A stretch of 64,000 bases of DNA, from positions 1-64,000 of the forward strand of contig OZ223510.1 in NCBI GenBank assembly GCA_965140785.1, written 5' to 3'. This DNA is from an uncultured Ruficoccus sp. (lineage in GTDB: Bacteria > Verrucomicrobiota > Verrucomicrobiia > Opitutales > Cerasicoccaceae). The notes beneath the pieces were generated by a model. The model had not been told where the DNA came from and did not search any database. It saw only the letters and a program-made list of their open reading frames with translations. Position numbers and translations under genes: made by a program. Below, in pieces: positions 22,882-32,729 of this stretch (positions within the stretch are counted from its first letter, which is position 1; every line of letters begins with the position of its first letter).

Positions 22882-24012
22882 TCAAAAGGGATTGAAGAGG
22901 TAGTTGAGGTAGCTTTCGGAGCGTATTTCCAGCTGACGCAGGAGGATGAGCGCGTCGATGGTTCCCTTCGTATGGACCGCGACGAGCGCGCTGGCTCCGA
23001 AACGGACCGGAAAGTCCGGGTTGTCCTCGGTCAGCTTGAGGCGGATGGCGAAGCCCATGCTTGGGTGATTGGCGTTTTCGGCGGGGAGCACGCCACTCGG
23101 TATCCCCTGGGAGCCTGAGTTGGCCCACCCGATGCTGACCACCTCGGCCTCAAAGACTTGGCCGGGGTACATCTCGAAGGCGATTTCGGCTTTGTCGCCG
23201 ATCTGCACGTGCTGCATGCCGCGCTGGTCAAAGCCGCCGAGGATCCATTGTTTCTCGGAGTTGACGAAGGGCATGACCGGCTGCTTCATCCGGATAAAGG
23301 AGCCGGGGTAGAGCTGCATGTTCGGCACATAGCCGTCGGAAGGGGCGCGGATGATGGTGTGCCTGAGGTTATACTGCGCCGTGTCGAGCTTGGCCTGGAT
23401 TTCGGCGATCTGGGCGTGCTGGTCGTCCACCATGGCATCGTAGGCGATTTGCGCCGCCTTCAGCTCTGCCCGCTCCACGGACAATTGCGCTTCGGCGTTC
23501 TTCACGCCCTGCTCCTCCTGCTGGATGCGGATGAGGGAAACGGCGTTTTTCTTTTTGGCCTCCGAGAGTTCGTCCAGTTTTTCCTTGGCCAGGTCGAGCT
23601 GGCCTTCGGACTGCGTGACGCGGGCCTGGGCTTCGTCCACCTGGGCCTTGAGGGTGGCAACCGAGGAGTGGGCCAGCGCGAGCTGCGCTTCGTATTCGCG
23701 CACACGGTCTTTCCACGCCTGCCCGTCCATGCGGAAGAGTGGGTCGCCCTTTTTCACCGGCTCGTTGGCCTGCACATAGACCTCCGCGACGTAGCCGCCG
23801 TACTCCGGGGCCATCTGCACCACGTAGGACTGGACAAAGGCGTACTTACTGTAAGGGGTGAACTGGCCGAGCAGGAGAATCTCCGTCAGCGCGGCGGAGA
23901 CGTACAGCCCGCAGACCACAAACTTCCAGAACAGATTGAACGGGAGAAGCTTGTAATCGATGAAGATCAGCCGGATGAAAAAGTAGTAGGCGATGGTGAG
24001 GAGGAGTTCCAT
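22882..24012 (-). CDS. HlyD-family membrane fusion protein (YiaV/YibH-like)
   Basis: Two N-terminal TM segments, VKKGDPLF, coiled-coil hairpin, IRAPSDG, AFEMYPGQVF. Confidence 0.9.
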   Translation of the reverse strand: MELLLTIAYYFFIRLIFIDYKLLPFNLFWKFVVCGLYVSAALTEILLLGQFTPYSKYAFVQSYVVQMAPEYGGYVAEVYVQANEPVKKGDPLFRMDGQAWKDRVREYEAQLALAHSSVATLKAQVDEAQARVTQSEGQLDLAKEKLDELSEAKKKNAVSLIRIQQEEQGVKNAEAQLSVERAELKAAQIAYDAMVDDQHAQIAEIQAKLDTAQYNLRHTIIRAPSDGYVPNMQLYPGSFIRMKQPVMPFVNSEKQWILGGFDQRGMQHVQIGDKAEIAFEMYPGQVFEAEVVSIGWANSGSQGIPSGVLPAENANHPSMGFAIRLKLTEDNPDFPVRFGASALVAVHTKGTIDALILLRQLEIRSESYLNYLFNPF

Positions 24013-24021
24013 GATGCGTCG

Positions 24022-24432
24022 TTACTTTTTCTCCTCTTTGGGAGTGTCCTTGGTCGGTTCGGTTTTGGCGTCAGCCGGGCTGGCCGGTTTATCACTGTCG
24101 GCAGCGGCTTCTTGTTTGTGGGCGTGCTTGCGGTGGCGGCGGTGTTTTTCGAGAAACTCCGGCAGGGGCTTGGGCGGCTTTTCCACCTCGGGGTCCTCCT
24201 CGCGGTAAACCTTGCCGATGACCGCATTGGAGTAGGCCCAGACCAGTGCGAACATCCACAGCGGAAAGATGAGCAGGCCCAGTAGAGAAGTGACTTCAAT
24301 CGCCTTGGCCTGCGGGTGGTTGCGGTCCTTGGCGACTTTTCCCGGGTAGCAGTGGATTTTGACAATTCCCAGCGTGATGACGATCACGGCGAAAAAAATC
24401 AGCCCAAGTGAAATGATGTCTAATTTTGTCAT
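24022..24432 (-). CDS. DUF3302 (YiaW/YibI-like) small membrane protein
   Basis: IHCYPGKVAKDRNHPQAKAI...LWMFALVWAY pattern; lies directly upstream of the HlyD gene. Confidence 0.8.
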   Translation of the reverse strand: MTKLDIISLGLIFFAVIVITLGIVKIHCYPGKVAKDRNHPQAKAIEVTSLLGLLIFPLWMFALVWAYSNAVIGKVYREEDPEVEKPPKPLPEFLEKHRRHRKHAHKQEAAADSDKPASPADAKTEPTKDTPKEEKK

Positions 24433-24635
24433 AGCGTAAGTGCAGCCTCTCCGGCTGGCCGGGTATCTGCTGGAAGTAGCAACCTCAGGGATATTTTACC
24501 ACGGGCTTATGACAACCTTAATTTACGCATGCCATCCTGCCTGATATCTAGGCTGAAGGAGATCGCCCTTGGGTGGTGAGGCCAAAAAACATCTGTACGC
24601 GGGGGCTGAAGGCCCTGCTGCGGCCCGCCCAGAAG

Positions 24636-26162
24636 TCAATCCTCAGCTCTGGGGTGGTGGGCGAGGCCCAGGCGCTCCCATTGCTCAGGGGGAGCGTCGA
24701 GGACGTCCAGATGTCCGTTCAGGGCAGCGAGCAGCCGGGCCTCCACGGCTTCGTCCTGAATGGGTGCTTGCTGGCCGGGATCGCCGCTCAGGTCGTAAAG
24801 GCAGGTCTCGAAGGTACGGGCCATGCCTTCGCCGCCAGGCATACCGCCGACGGCGGGGATTTTCATCAGGTGGCAGCCTTGGGTGAAGTCGAATTTGACT
24901 GCCTCGAAGGGCTGCTGGAAGCGTTCATGGGGGAAGGCTTTGCGCATATTCGCAGGCATCAACGTGTACTCATAGAGCGGGGCATTGGGCTGACCCCCGG
25001 GATTGCCACGCATATAGACGTAACGCCCGTCGGTGACATTGACGTGGCTGCCGAACATGCCGAAGACCGCGGTCTCGCGCACGGGCTTGTCCTCGGCGAT
25101 GGTGGCGGCCAGGTCGCAGCCGGTCATGCGAGGTGTGGGCTCCAGCCCGAAGGTACTCAGGACGGTCGGCACCACGTCGATGGCGGGCTGGACGAGGGAC
25201 TGGCGCCGCTCGTTGCGCGCGCCGCAGCGCGGGTCCCAGACGAAGAACGGCGTGCGGGCGATTTCTTCATAAAAGGGCATCCAGCACTTGGCCCAGCAGT
25301 CGTGTTCGCCGAGGAGAAAGCCGTGGTCGGTGCCGACGATGAGCATGGTGTCGTCCCACATCGCGTTTTCGTCCATCCAGTCGAGCACGTGTCCGAGCTT
25401 TTCGTCGCACATGGAGACGAGGGAGGCGTACTGGTGGCGCATGTGCTCGACCTCTTCGGGGCTTTCCTCCACTCCCCGGTAGGGCGGCCAGTCGATATCG
25501 CGCCCTTTATAGTTGCGGTAGTGCTCGGGGTAGAGGTCCTTGTAGTGGCGGTGGGAGAAAAACGGTTCGTGCGGGTCGAAGGTCTCGATTTGCAGAAACC
25601 AGTTGTCCTCGTCGCGGTTGCGTTCGAGGAACTGGCGGGCCTGCGTGAAAACCTGCGACATCGGCTGCAGGTGCGGCTCGGGCATGGCCTGGCGGTTGAT
25701 GATGTCCTGACGCACCATGGAGCCGGGCTTGGCCAGGGATTCCTCGCGCAGGATGCTGGCCTCGATCGGCTCGGGGTCGCGGACCTGGGGAATCCACGGG
25801 TCGCCCTCTTGGCCGCGGATGCATTCCCAGGAGTTGTACTTGGTGTGGTAGTTGGTGCCGCCTTCTTCCCAGTAGTGGCCGTGGTCGCTGATCAGGTGGG
25901 TATAGACGCCGGCCTCCTTGAGCATGGCGGGCATGGAGTCGTCGTAGGGTTCGATCGGCCCCCAGGCGCGGTGCAGGAAGTTCGGCCGCCCGGTGTGCAT
26001 GTCGCGCCGGGCGGGGATGCAGGGCATGCTGCACACGTACGAACTGTCAAAGGTAACCGTGCGCTCGGCCAGACGCTGGAAATTCGGGGCGATAATCGAG
26101 CCCCCGTAAGGGGGCAGCATGTGCCGGTTGAGCGAATCGAACAAAACAAAGATGACCTTCAT
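24636..26162 (-). CDS. Sulfatase (no signal peptide)
   Basis: MKVIFVLFDSLNRH, PCIPARRD (CxPxR), FDPHEPF, TDHGFLLGEH, LYDLSGDPGQ. Confidence 0.9.
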   Translation of the reverse strand: MKVIFVLFDSLNRHMLPPYGGSIIAPNFQRLAERTVTFDSSYVCSMPCIPARRDMHTGRPNFLHRAWGPIEPYDDSMPAMLKEAGVYTHLISDHGHYWEEGGTNYHTKYNSWECIRGQEGDPWIPQVRDPEPIEASILREESLAKPGSMVRQDIINRQAMPEPHLQPMSQVFTQARQFLERNRDEDNWFLQIETFDPHEPFFSHRHYKDLYPEHYRNYKGRDIDWPPYRGVEESPEEVEHMRHQYASLVSMCDEKLGHVLDWMDENAMWDDTMLIVGTDHGFLLGEHDCWAKCWMPFYEEIARTPFFVWDPRCGARNERRQSLVQPAIDVVPTVLSTFGLEPTPRMTGCDLAATIAEDKPVRETAVFGMFGSHVNVTDGRYVYMRGNPGGQPNAPLYEYTLMPANMRKAFPHERFQQPFEAVKFDFTQGCHLMKIPAVGGMPGGEGMARTFETCLYDLSGDPGQQAPIQDEAVEARLLAALNGHLDVLDAPPEQWERLGLAHHPRAED

Positions 26163-26400
26163 TATGATAGAGGCTGAGCGATCCGGGCCCGCGCTCCAGA
26201 TTAAAAAACGAGGAAAAGGGTTCATACATATGAACTGAGCCGGACGGATTAGTAGCCGCCCTCCGCCTCAGGTGCGTCTGTTGGCAGATTGCCAGGATCA
26301 GTTGAACTCAAACGGACGATCGGTTATGTTTATCAAAAGCCAGCCGGGGCGGCGTTCACCCTCCGGCCCAACCACGATAACTCGGAAAGGACTCTCTCTC

Positions 26401-27258
26401 ATGTCATTGCAAAACGATACCGCCAGCACCGGATTGGAAACTGTCACCAAACAAATCCAGGGACGGGCGGTGCCCGCCTTGGGATTCGGCACGTATGAAC
26501 TCGGCGATGAGGATTGCCGCCAGGCGGTTCTGTCTGCGCTGGAGACCGGTTACCGGCACGTGGATACGGCCCGCATGTACGGCAACGAGGCGCTGGTGGG
26601 ACGGGGCATCGCCGAGTCCGGCGTGCCGCGCAAGGAACTCTTTGTCACCAGTAAAATCTGGCGCGACGCCCTCGACCCCATCGGGGTGGAGCGCGAAATC
26701 GAGACCAGCCTGAACCTGCTCAAGCTGGACTATCTCGACCTCATTCTGATCCACTGGCCCAACCAGGACCTGCCGCTGGAGCAGACACTCCGGGCGATGC
26801 TGGAGCAGGTGGAGAAAGGGCGGGTCCGCCATGTGGGCGTCAGTAACTTCCCGCCCAAACTCTTCAAGGAGGCGCTGGCCTATGCGCCCATTTTCTGCAA
26901 TCAGGTGGAGTATCATCCCTTCCTCGACCAGCGCGAACTGGTGGGGATTGCCCGCTCCCACGACGTGCTGCTGACGGCGTATTCGCCGCTGGCGCAGGGC
27001 AAGGTCGCCGATTGCGCGGAACTGGTTAAAATCGGCAACAAGTACGGCAAGAACCCCCAGCAGGTCGCGCTGCGTTGGCTGATCGAACAGGATCAGGTGG
27101 CCGCGATCCCGCGCTCCTCGACACCGGCACACATCGCCAGCAACTTCGATATCTTCGACTTCCAACTGGACGAGGACGACCGCCGGGCGATCGATAGCCT
27201 GCCCAAGGACCGGCGTCTGGTCGACCCGGAGTTCGCGCCCGACTGGGAGCGCGATTAA
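26401..27258 (+). CDS. Aldo/keto reductase
   Basis: LGFGTY, GYRHVDTARMYGNE, LFVTSKIW, DLILIHWP, VGVSNF, AYSPL. Confidence 0.93.
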   Translation: MSLQNDTASTGLETVTKQIQGRAVPALGFGTYELGDEDCRQAVLSALETGYRHVDTARMYGNEALVGRGIAESGVPRKELFVTSKIWRDALDPIGVEREIETSLNLLKLDYLDLILIHWPNQDLPLEQTLRAMLEQVEKGRVRHVGVSNFPPKLFKEALAYAPIFCNQVEYHPFLDQRELVGIARSHDVLLTAYSPLAQGKVADCAELVKIGNKYGKNPQQVALRWLIEQDQVAAIPRSSTPAHIASNFDIFDFQLDEDDRRAIDSLPKDRRLVDPEFAPDWERD

Positions 27259-27293
27259 AAGGGGGCCTCAAATAATCTTAACCACGCGCGGGT

Positions 27294-28607
27294 TCAGTCG
27301 CTGGACTCGCGCGTTTCTTTTTCATCCAACTCCCAGATGATGCGCGCCCCCGGCTCGAACCACAGGTAAGCCGAAATCCAGTCCAGGAAGACAGAGATCC
27401 GGTTGCGCAGGCCGACGAGAGTGACCAGGTGGATAACCAACCACATCATCCAGGCGATGAAGCCGGAAAAGTGGTGCTTGCCGATCTTCGCGACGGCGCG
27501 GTGGCGCCCGATGGTCGCCATCTCGCCGCGGTTGTTATAAACGAAGGCGCCCTTCGTGCCGCGGTCCCCGCCGTCCAGTTCGGTCTTGATCAGACCGGCC
27601 ACATATTTACCCGTCTGCATCGCCCCCTGGGCGACGCCGGGAACGGGTTTATCCTCGCCGTCCACCAGGTGGATAATGTCGCCGATAGCAAAAGCCTCGG
27701 GGTGGCCGGGAAGACTGCAGTCCGGCTCGACTTTTAACCGCCCGGCTTTGTCCTTGGGCAGGTCCAGCGTTTCGGTCAACTTGTTGGCTCCGATACCGGC
27801 GGTCCAGCAAATGTTGGCCGCCCGGATGACCTCGCCGTTGGCGAGTTCGGCCTCCTGGTGGCGGATGTCCTTGACCATCTGCCCGAGACGCAGTTCGACG
27901 CCCAGGCCTTCGAGTTGGCGCTGGGCACTGCGGGAAAGTTCTTCGGGGTACTGGACAAGGATGCGGTCGTCCCCTTCGGCCAGGATGATGCGGGTTTTGC
28001 GAGGGTCGATATGCCCGAAGTCATCAGGGAGCATTTTCTTCGTCAACTCAGCCAGCGCCCCGGCCATCTCGACGCCGGTGGGACCGCCGCCAATGATCAG
28101 AATCGTCAGGAGCTTTTCCAGTTCCTCGGGCGTATGGCCGCCGCTTTCGCCTTCTTCCAGAGAGGTGAGCACCTGATTACGGATCAGTCGCGCGTCGCTG
28201 AGGGATTTGAGGCCCGACGCGTACTTTTCCCAATGGTCATTGCCGAAGTAACTGGTGCTCCCTCCGGCGGCGATGACAAGGTAGTCGTAGTGCATGCGCT
28301 GGCGGTTGGTCTGCACGGTGCGCTGCTCGAGATCGATGCCCTGCACGCGCTCCATCAGGACGCTGATGTCCTGACGGTTAGAGAGAATGGCGCGCAGCGG
28401 CTGGGCGATGTCCGGCGCGGCCAGCCCCGTCGTGGCCACCTGATAGAGCAGCGGCTGGAACAGGTGATGGTTGCGTTGGTCGATGAGTGTGATCCGCGCG
28501 TTATCATGACGCAGGGCCTTGAGAAAAGAAAGGCCGCCGAAGCCGCCGCCGATCACGACGATATGCTTCTGCCCGGGTGAGGAGTCCGTATGATGCATAG
28601 GTGCCAA
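27294..28607 (-). CDS. ndh: Type II NADH dehydrogenase
   Basis: VVIGGGFGG, NHHLFQPLLYQVAT, IIGGGPTGVEMAG, AIGD, PGVAQGAMQ, GEMATIGR. Confidence 0.88.
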   Translation of the reverse strand: MAPMHHTDSSPGQKHIVVIGGGFGGLSFLKALRHDNARITLIDQRNHHLFQPLLYQVATTGLAAPDIAQPLRAILSNRQDISVLMERVQGIDLEQRTVQTNRQRMHYDYLVIAAGGSTSYFGNDHWEKYASGLKSLSDARLIRNQVLTSLEEGESGGHTPEELEKLLTILIIGGGPTGVEMAGALAELTKKMLPDDFGHIDPRKTRIILAEGDDRILVQYPEELSRSAQRQLEGLGVELRLGQMVKDIRHQEAELANGEVIRAANICWTAGIGANKLTETLDLPKDKAGRLKVEPDCSLPGHPEAFAIGDIIHLVDGEDKPVPGVAQGAMQTGKYVAGLIKTELDGGDRGTKGAFVYNNRGEMATIGRHRAVAKIGKHHFSGFIAWMMWLVIHLVTLVGLRNRISVFLDWISAYLWFEPGARIIWELDEKETRESSD

Positions 28608-28714
28608 GGAGTGAGCGTTTACCGGAGATGAGGTGAACTTTATCCGGATAAGCGCAGAACTGCAAATGGAGAGCCCAGATCAGTGCAGAGAAAGCAGGGG
28701 CCGTACCGCCTTTT

Positions 28715-28961
28715 TCAGGTGCTGCCCAGCAGCGGGCATGGGAAGAGGTCCCAATCAAGCTCATCGTAGAACAGCCGCTGCCCGCCCGGCTCCACGCGCT
28801 TGAGCCAGCTATCCAGATGAGCATCCCGATAGGCGAGGACCTCGTTGCGCTGAATGGTTTTAAAACTGGCGATTTCCTCGGGGGGAGTCAGGGCAAAGGC
28901 GCGGCTGGCCAGGAGCAGGCCAAGAAGGGGGAACGCGGACAAAGCGAAAGCGGGATAACAT
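28715..28961 (-). pseudogene. Short or truncated secreted protein fragment, probable homopolymer frameshift
   Basis: ATG at 28961; removing one base from the G5 run at 28927-28931 gives signal peptide MLSRFRFVRVPLLGLLLASRAFA followed by about 58 aa. Confidence 0.4.
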
Positions 28962-29079
28962 GTAAAGACATAAGCGCGAAGTTCATGTCTCTGGCAAGGG
29001 AACCTTGACTTACGCGGGTAAGCCGCGGCGTCACTTGTTCGTTTGTCAGGCGATGGTGGGGGGACTTCAGAGGGCGGTC

Positions 29080-29964
29080 TTAGCACACCCAGGGCGGCGT
29101 GGTCGGCAGTGCCCGGCTGAAGGATTCGTTGAGCGCGTGCTGGTAGTCCGCATCGAAGCGGCCCTCCATGAAGCGCGGGAATCCTTCCTCCATAAAGCGG
29201 GTCCAACTCCGGGTTTCCTCGCCGGGGATGATGGGAAAGAAACAGGCGCTGGCGGCTTCGGCGGCCTGTTGGTCTCCGGGGGCGTCACCGAGCACGAGAA
29301 CGTCATTCGTATCCGGATTACCGGCGACAGCCTGCTGGATCTGCGCTGCCTTACTCCCGAACTCCTGCCCGGCGATGAAGGCAGTATGCTGGCTCAGGCC
29401 CGACTGTGTCCACTCATGCAGAAGCGTTTCGCGTGGAGCCTGACTGACGACGACCACATCAGCCTTCTGCTCCGCCAGACTGAGCGCCTGCGCCACGCCC
29501 GGAAAGGGTCCCAGCCCCTGGCACATGCCCTTGACGGCGACGTTTACCTCCTGCGTCCACTCGAGCATCGCCCGCAGGGCAGGGGCGTCGGTGGCTTTCA
29601 CCTGCTGCTGGAGAGCCGGTTCACCCAACGCATCGGCTTGCGAGAGAAAATCGTGGACGGGACGGAAATCCATGAACGTGATTCCCGTGCCCCGCACCTC
29701 CGGATGATCCATCAGCAGATCGACCGCGAGGCCGACCGCCTGGAAACGATTCGAGCCGCGGGTCTGGCTGTAGAGATTGACGAACTCCCAAACCTGCCGC
29801 GCCTGCCGGGCGCAGCGCTGGAGCCGGAAGTGTTTGATGAAGGCCGGACAAAAGCACTCCTTGTGCTTGAGGTCCATGACGTCGAAGGCACAGCCGTCGC
29901 TGTCGCAGGCGATCATGCGTGTGTGCCGGCCGGTGAAGGCAATCTGCGGGGAAGACGATGACAT
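29080..29964 (-). CDS. HAD-superfamily hydrolase
   Basis: IACDSDGC (DxD motif I), VVVSQ, GSKA, VLGDAPGD (motif IV). Confidence 0.85.
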   Translation of the reverse strand: MSSSSPQIAFTGRHTRMIACDSDGCAFDVMDLKHKECFCPAFIKHFRLQRCARQARQVWEFVNLYSQTRGSNRFQAVGLAVDLLMDHPEVRGTGITFMDFRPVHDFLSQADALGEPALQQQVKATDAPALRAMLEWTQEVNVAVKGMCQGLGPFPGVAQALSLAEQKADVVVVSQAPRETLLHEWTQSGLSQHTAFIAGQEFGSKAAQIQQAVAGNPDTNDVLVLGDAPGDQQAAEAASACFFPIIPGEETRSWTRFMEEGFPRFMEGRFDADYQHALNESFSRALPTTPPWVC

Positions 29965-29971
29965 GGGGCGT

Positions 29972-31639
29972 TTAGAGCTTGAAGGTGATAGGAAGTTTGC
30001 CCGTGGCAGTGAGGTCGCCGGCCATGATCTTGACCGCGCTGTCCATAGCCGCCCGGCTGGCGCCCAGCGTGCACAGGCAGGTATCGGCCTCGGGGTAGAC
30101 GCTCAGGTCGTAGGGCGACTCCATGGCCACGACGATGACGGACTTGCCCGAACTCAGGCAGGTCTTTACCAGTTCGGGCTGTCGCTCGAAGTTGATCGCA
30201 TTGATGCTGCCGACGATGATCGTATCGCAGGCTTCGCACAGGGTGCGGGCCGCGGCGATGTTCTCGTCCGTCGGTACTAGTTCGGTGAGCAGCGCCTGCG
30301 CCTGCGGGAAGCGCGCCCGCACCGCCTGGATGAGCATGTCCTCGCTCTGGACGGCGTCGTTCGCGCCGTCGAGCTTTTGCGGCTTCGGGCTGATCACGGC
30401 CACGCTTCCGACTGTCTCTGGTCGCAGCGGCAACCGCCCCGCCTCATCGCGCAGGACGACGACGGAACGATCGGCCACGGCTCGGGCGCAGGTCTGCGCG
30501 GCTTCCGATTGGAAGGCCGCCTCCGCCGTTTGCGACGGGACGGTGGCTTTTTCGTAAAGGCCAGTTTTGGCGCGCAGGCGGTGGATGCGCAGAAGGGCTT
30601 CGTCGAGAATTGATTCGGCCAGCGTACCCGCTTTGACCGCATCGTAAACGGCCCGGTAGCCTTCGAGAAAATGGTCGGCATCGCCACGCAGCAGGAGCAC
30701 ATCGCACCCGGCCTGTAACGCCATTACGCTGGCCTTGCCGGTGCCGTATTTTTCCTGAATGGCGCTCATGCGCATGGCGTCCGTCTCCACCACGCCCTGG
30801 AAGCCGAGCGTTTCCCGCAAGTAGCCGCGAATGATGGGGGCGGAGAGGGTGGCGGGCACGCGCTCGGGGTCCATGGCCTCGACCACGACATGCCCGGTCA
30901 TGACGGCGTCCGCGCCCGCCTGGAGCAAGGCACGGATGGGCTGGTTGTCATGGGCCTCCAGCTCTTCGAAGGACTTTGTCACCTCGGCCAGCCCCTTGTG
31001 GGCATCGACTGCGGTTGCCCCGTATCCAGGGAAGTGTTTGATCATGACGGCGAGCCCGGCCCGATGGTAGCCACGCATCATGGCAGTTGCGTGCCGGGTG
31101 ACCAGCGCGGGGTCTTCGCCGAAGGAGGCGGCTTTGAGCGTTGTGCGCCCTTCGTAGGAGAAGACGTCGGTGATGGGCGCCTGAACGAGGTTGATGCCGA
31201 TAGCGCGCATCTGCAAGCCGGTCAGGTAAGCGGCTTCTTCGGTGAGGGCGGGGTCGTCGGCGGTGCCGAAGCTCATATGACTGCCAAAGACCAGTGCGCC
31301 GTAACGGTTGAGGTCGTTGCGGGTGCCGCCCTCCTGGTCCACCCCGATGACGAGGGGGAGGCCGCTGCCCTTAGTCAGTGAAAGGGTCTGCAAATCGTTC
31401 AGCAGGCTGGCGTTGGTTTCGGGGGTGAGGGTCGGGTTGGGCTGGCCGACGACCCGGCTGTGGTTGTCGTAAAAAGCGTTCAGGCAATAACGCACGAAAC
31501 CAATGCCGTACTCGGTGATGAAGGATTCCAGATCCTCGGTGAGCGCGCTGGATTGAAAGATCGGGCTGCAAACCTGGCCCACCTTTTTTGCAAGGGGGAG
31601 GGCGAGGATCTCTTTTTCGTGGATGGTGGCAGGGGTCAT
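29972..31639 (-). CDS. GH3 glycosidase, NagZ/beta-hexosaminidase-like, with C-terminal domain; cytoplasmic
   Basis: GVDQEGG, SFGEDP, IKHFPGYGATAVDAH, VMTGHV, VETDAMRM. Confidence 0.9.
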   Translation of the reverse strand: MTPATIHEKEILALPLAKKVGQVCSPIFQSSALTEDLESFITEYGIGFVRYCLNAFYDNHSRVVGQPNPTLTPETNASLLNDLQTLSLTKGSGLPLVIGVDQEGGTRNDLNRYGALVFGSHMSFGTADDPALTEEAAYLTGLQMRAIGINLVQAPITDVFSYEGRTTLKAASFGEDPALVTRHATAMMRGYHRAGLAVMIKHFPGYGATAVDAHKGLAEVTKSFEELEAHDNQPIRALLQAGADAVMTGHVVVEAMDPERVPATLSAPIIRGYLRETLGFQGVVETDAMRMSAIQEKYGTGKASVMALQAGCDVLLLRGDADHFLEGYRAVYDAVKAGTLAESILDEALLRIHRLRAKTGLYEKATVPSQTAEAAFQSEAAQTCARAVADRSVVVLRDEAGRLPLRPETVGSVAVISPKPQKLDGANDAVQSEDMLIQAVRARFPQAQALLTELVPTDENIAAARTLCEACDTIIVGSINAINFERQPELVKTCLSSGKSVIVVAMESPYDLSVYPEADTCLCTLGASRAAMDSAVKIMAGDLTATGKLPITFKL

Positions 31640-31768
31640 TCGTCGGTGGGTTTTGGAGGTGTTAGGCCGGTGAAACGGGATTTATGTTTCGTTGTGGTTT
31701 CCTGTTTTTCCAACAGTATATGCTATGGACAGGAAAGCCATTTGATATATGTTTCATTTTCTGGACGA

Positions 31769-32590
31769 ATGATGCAGCGTGAATCACCCCGACCGTACAT
31801 GCAGTTTCGCGCCCATCTCGGTGCACGGAACTACCTGCCGCTGAGCGTTCGGTCCGTCGGACGGCATCATGTCGATGAGCGCTGGCGGGAAAACTTCGAG
31901 GCACGATGGTTTCTAGAACTGTACTGGACCGTTGAGGGGCGGGGATGCTTTTATGTCGGCCAGCGCAAGTTCGAGGTGAAGGCGGGGGATGTCTTTATTT
32001 ACCCGCCCGGTAGTCCGCACCGGATCGCGTCCCTGTGCCCGTGTTGGGATTATTGCTGGCTGACATTCGACCACGCAGACTGTGTGCAGTGGCTGCAGGG
32101 CTTCGGCCTGAGCGAGAGCCTGCACCGGGTCGGCCCCTGTCCGGTGGAGCGCTTTGAAGCCGTCGCCAGCGCGCTCGCGCTGGGTACCATGCAGGGCGAG
32201 TACGAGGCCGCGCAGCAGGCCCATGCGCTGCTCATCGAGGCGTCCCGGGCCAAGGAGCCGGCGGGCCAGTCCCGCATCACCCAGGCCAAAGTCCTGATGG
32301 ACGAACGCTTCGCCGAGCCGGAGCTGTCCGTCCAGTCGCTGGCGGGCGAGTTGGCCATGCACCGCACAACGCTTTTTCGGCTTTTTCGGGCGCAGTACGG
32401 ACTGAACCCCAACCAGTATCTCAAAAACCTTCGCCTGCACCGGGCGCTGCAACTCATCCAGCAGGGCAATCTACCCATCGGCGAGATCGCCCGCAGCAGC
32501 GGATTTAACGATCCCAATTACCTTTCCCGCCTGATCAAGCAGCGGGTGGGCGTACCGGCGCGGAAGATCCGGGCGGCGCGCCCTGTGTAG
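31769..32590 (+). CDS. AraC-family regulator
   Basis: Cupin N-terminal domain (GDVFIYPPGSPH) and double HTH (GFNDPNYLSRLIKQRVG); divergent from GH3. Confidence 0.9.
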   Translation: MMQRESPRPYMQFRAHLGARNYLPLSVRSVGRHHVDERWRENFEARWFLELYWTVEGRGCFYVGQRKFEVKAGDVFIYPPGSPHRIASLCPCWDYCWLTFDHADCVQWLQGFGLSESLHRVGPCPVERFEAVASALALGTMQGEYEAAQQAHALLIEASRAKEPAGQSRITQAKVLMDERFAEPELSVQSLAGELAMHRTTLFRLFRAQYGLNPNQYLKNLRLHRALQLIQQGNLPIGEIARSSGFNDPNYLSRLIKQRVGVPARKIRAARPV

Positions 32591-32729
32591 TGCTTTTTGG
32601 ATACGTTCCAGCCTTCCTGTTGACGCCATTCGCAACTCCGATGGAAGGCGAAGACACGGAGCATCCTAAAGATGCCCGCGGTCGGATTCGGCCGCCACCT
32701 CGCGTGCGGCCGCCTTGTCCTCGGCCAGT

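Noticed and set aside
26221..26234. TTCATACATATGAA palindrome upstream of the second sulfatase
   Set aside because: Resembles the locus-2 motif but differs in both half-sites and is a single distant copy; not assigned.
31460..31768. N-terminal extension of the AraC ORF (and similar extensions at 4270, 15209, 26272, 34106, 41260, 50264)
   Set aside because: These overlap neighbouring genes or promoter/operator DNA; downstream ATGs match the domain or signal-peptide starts.
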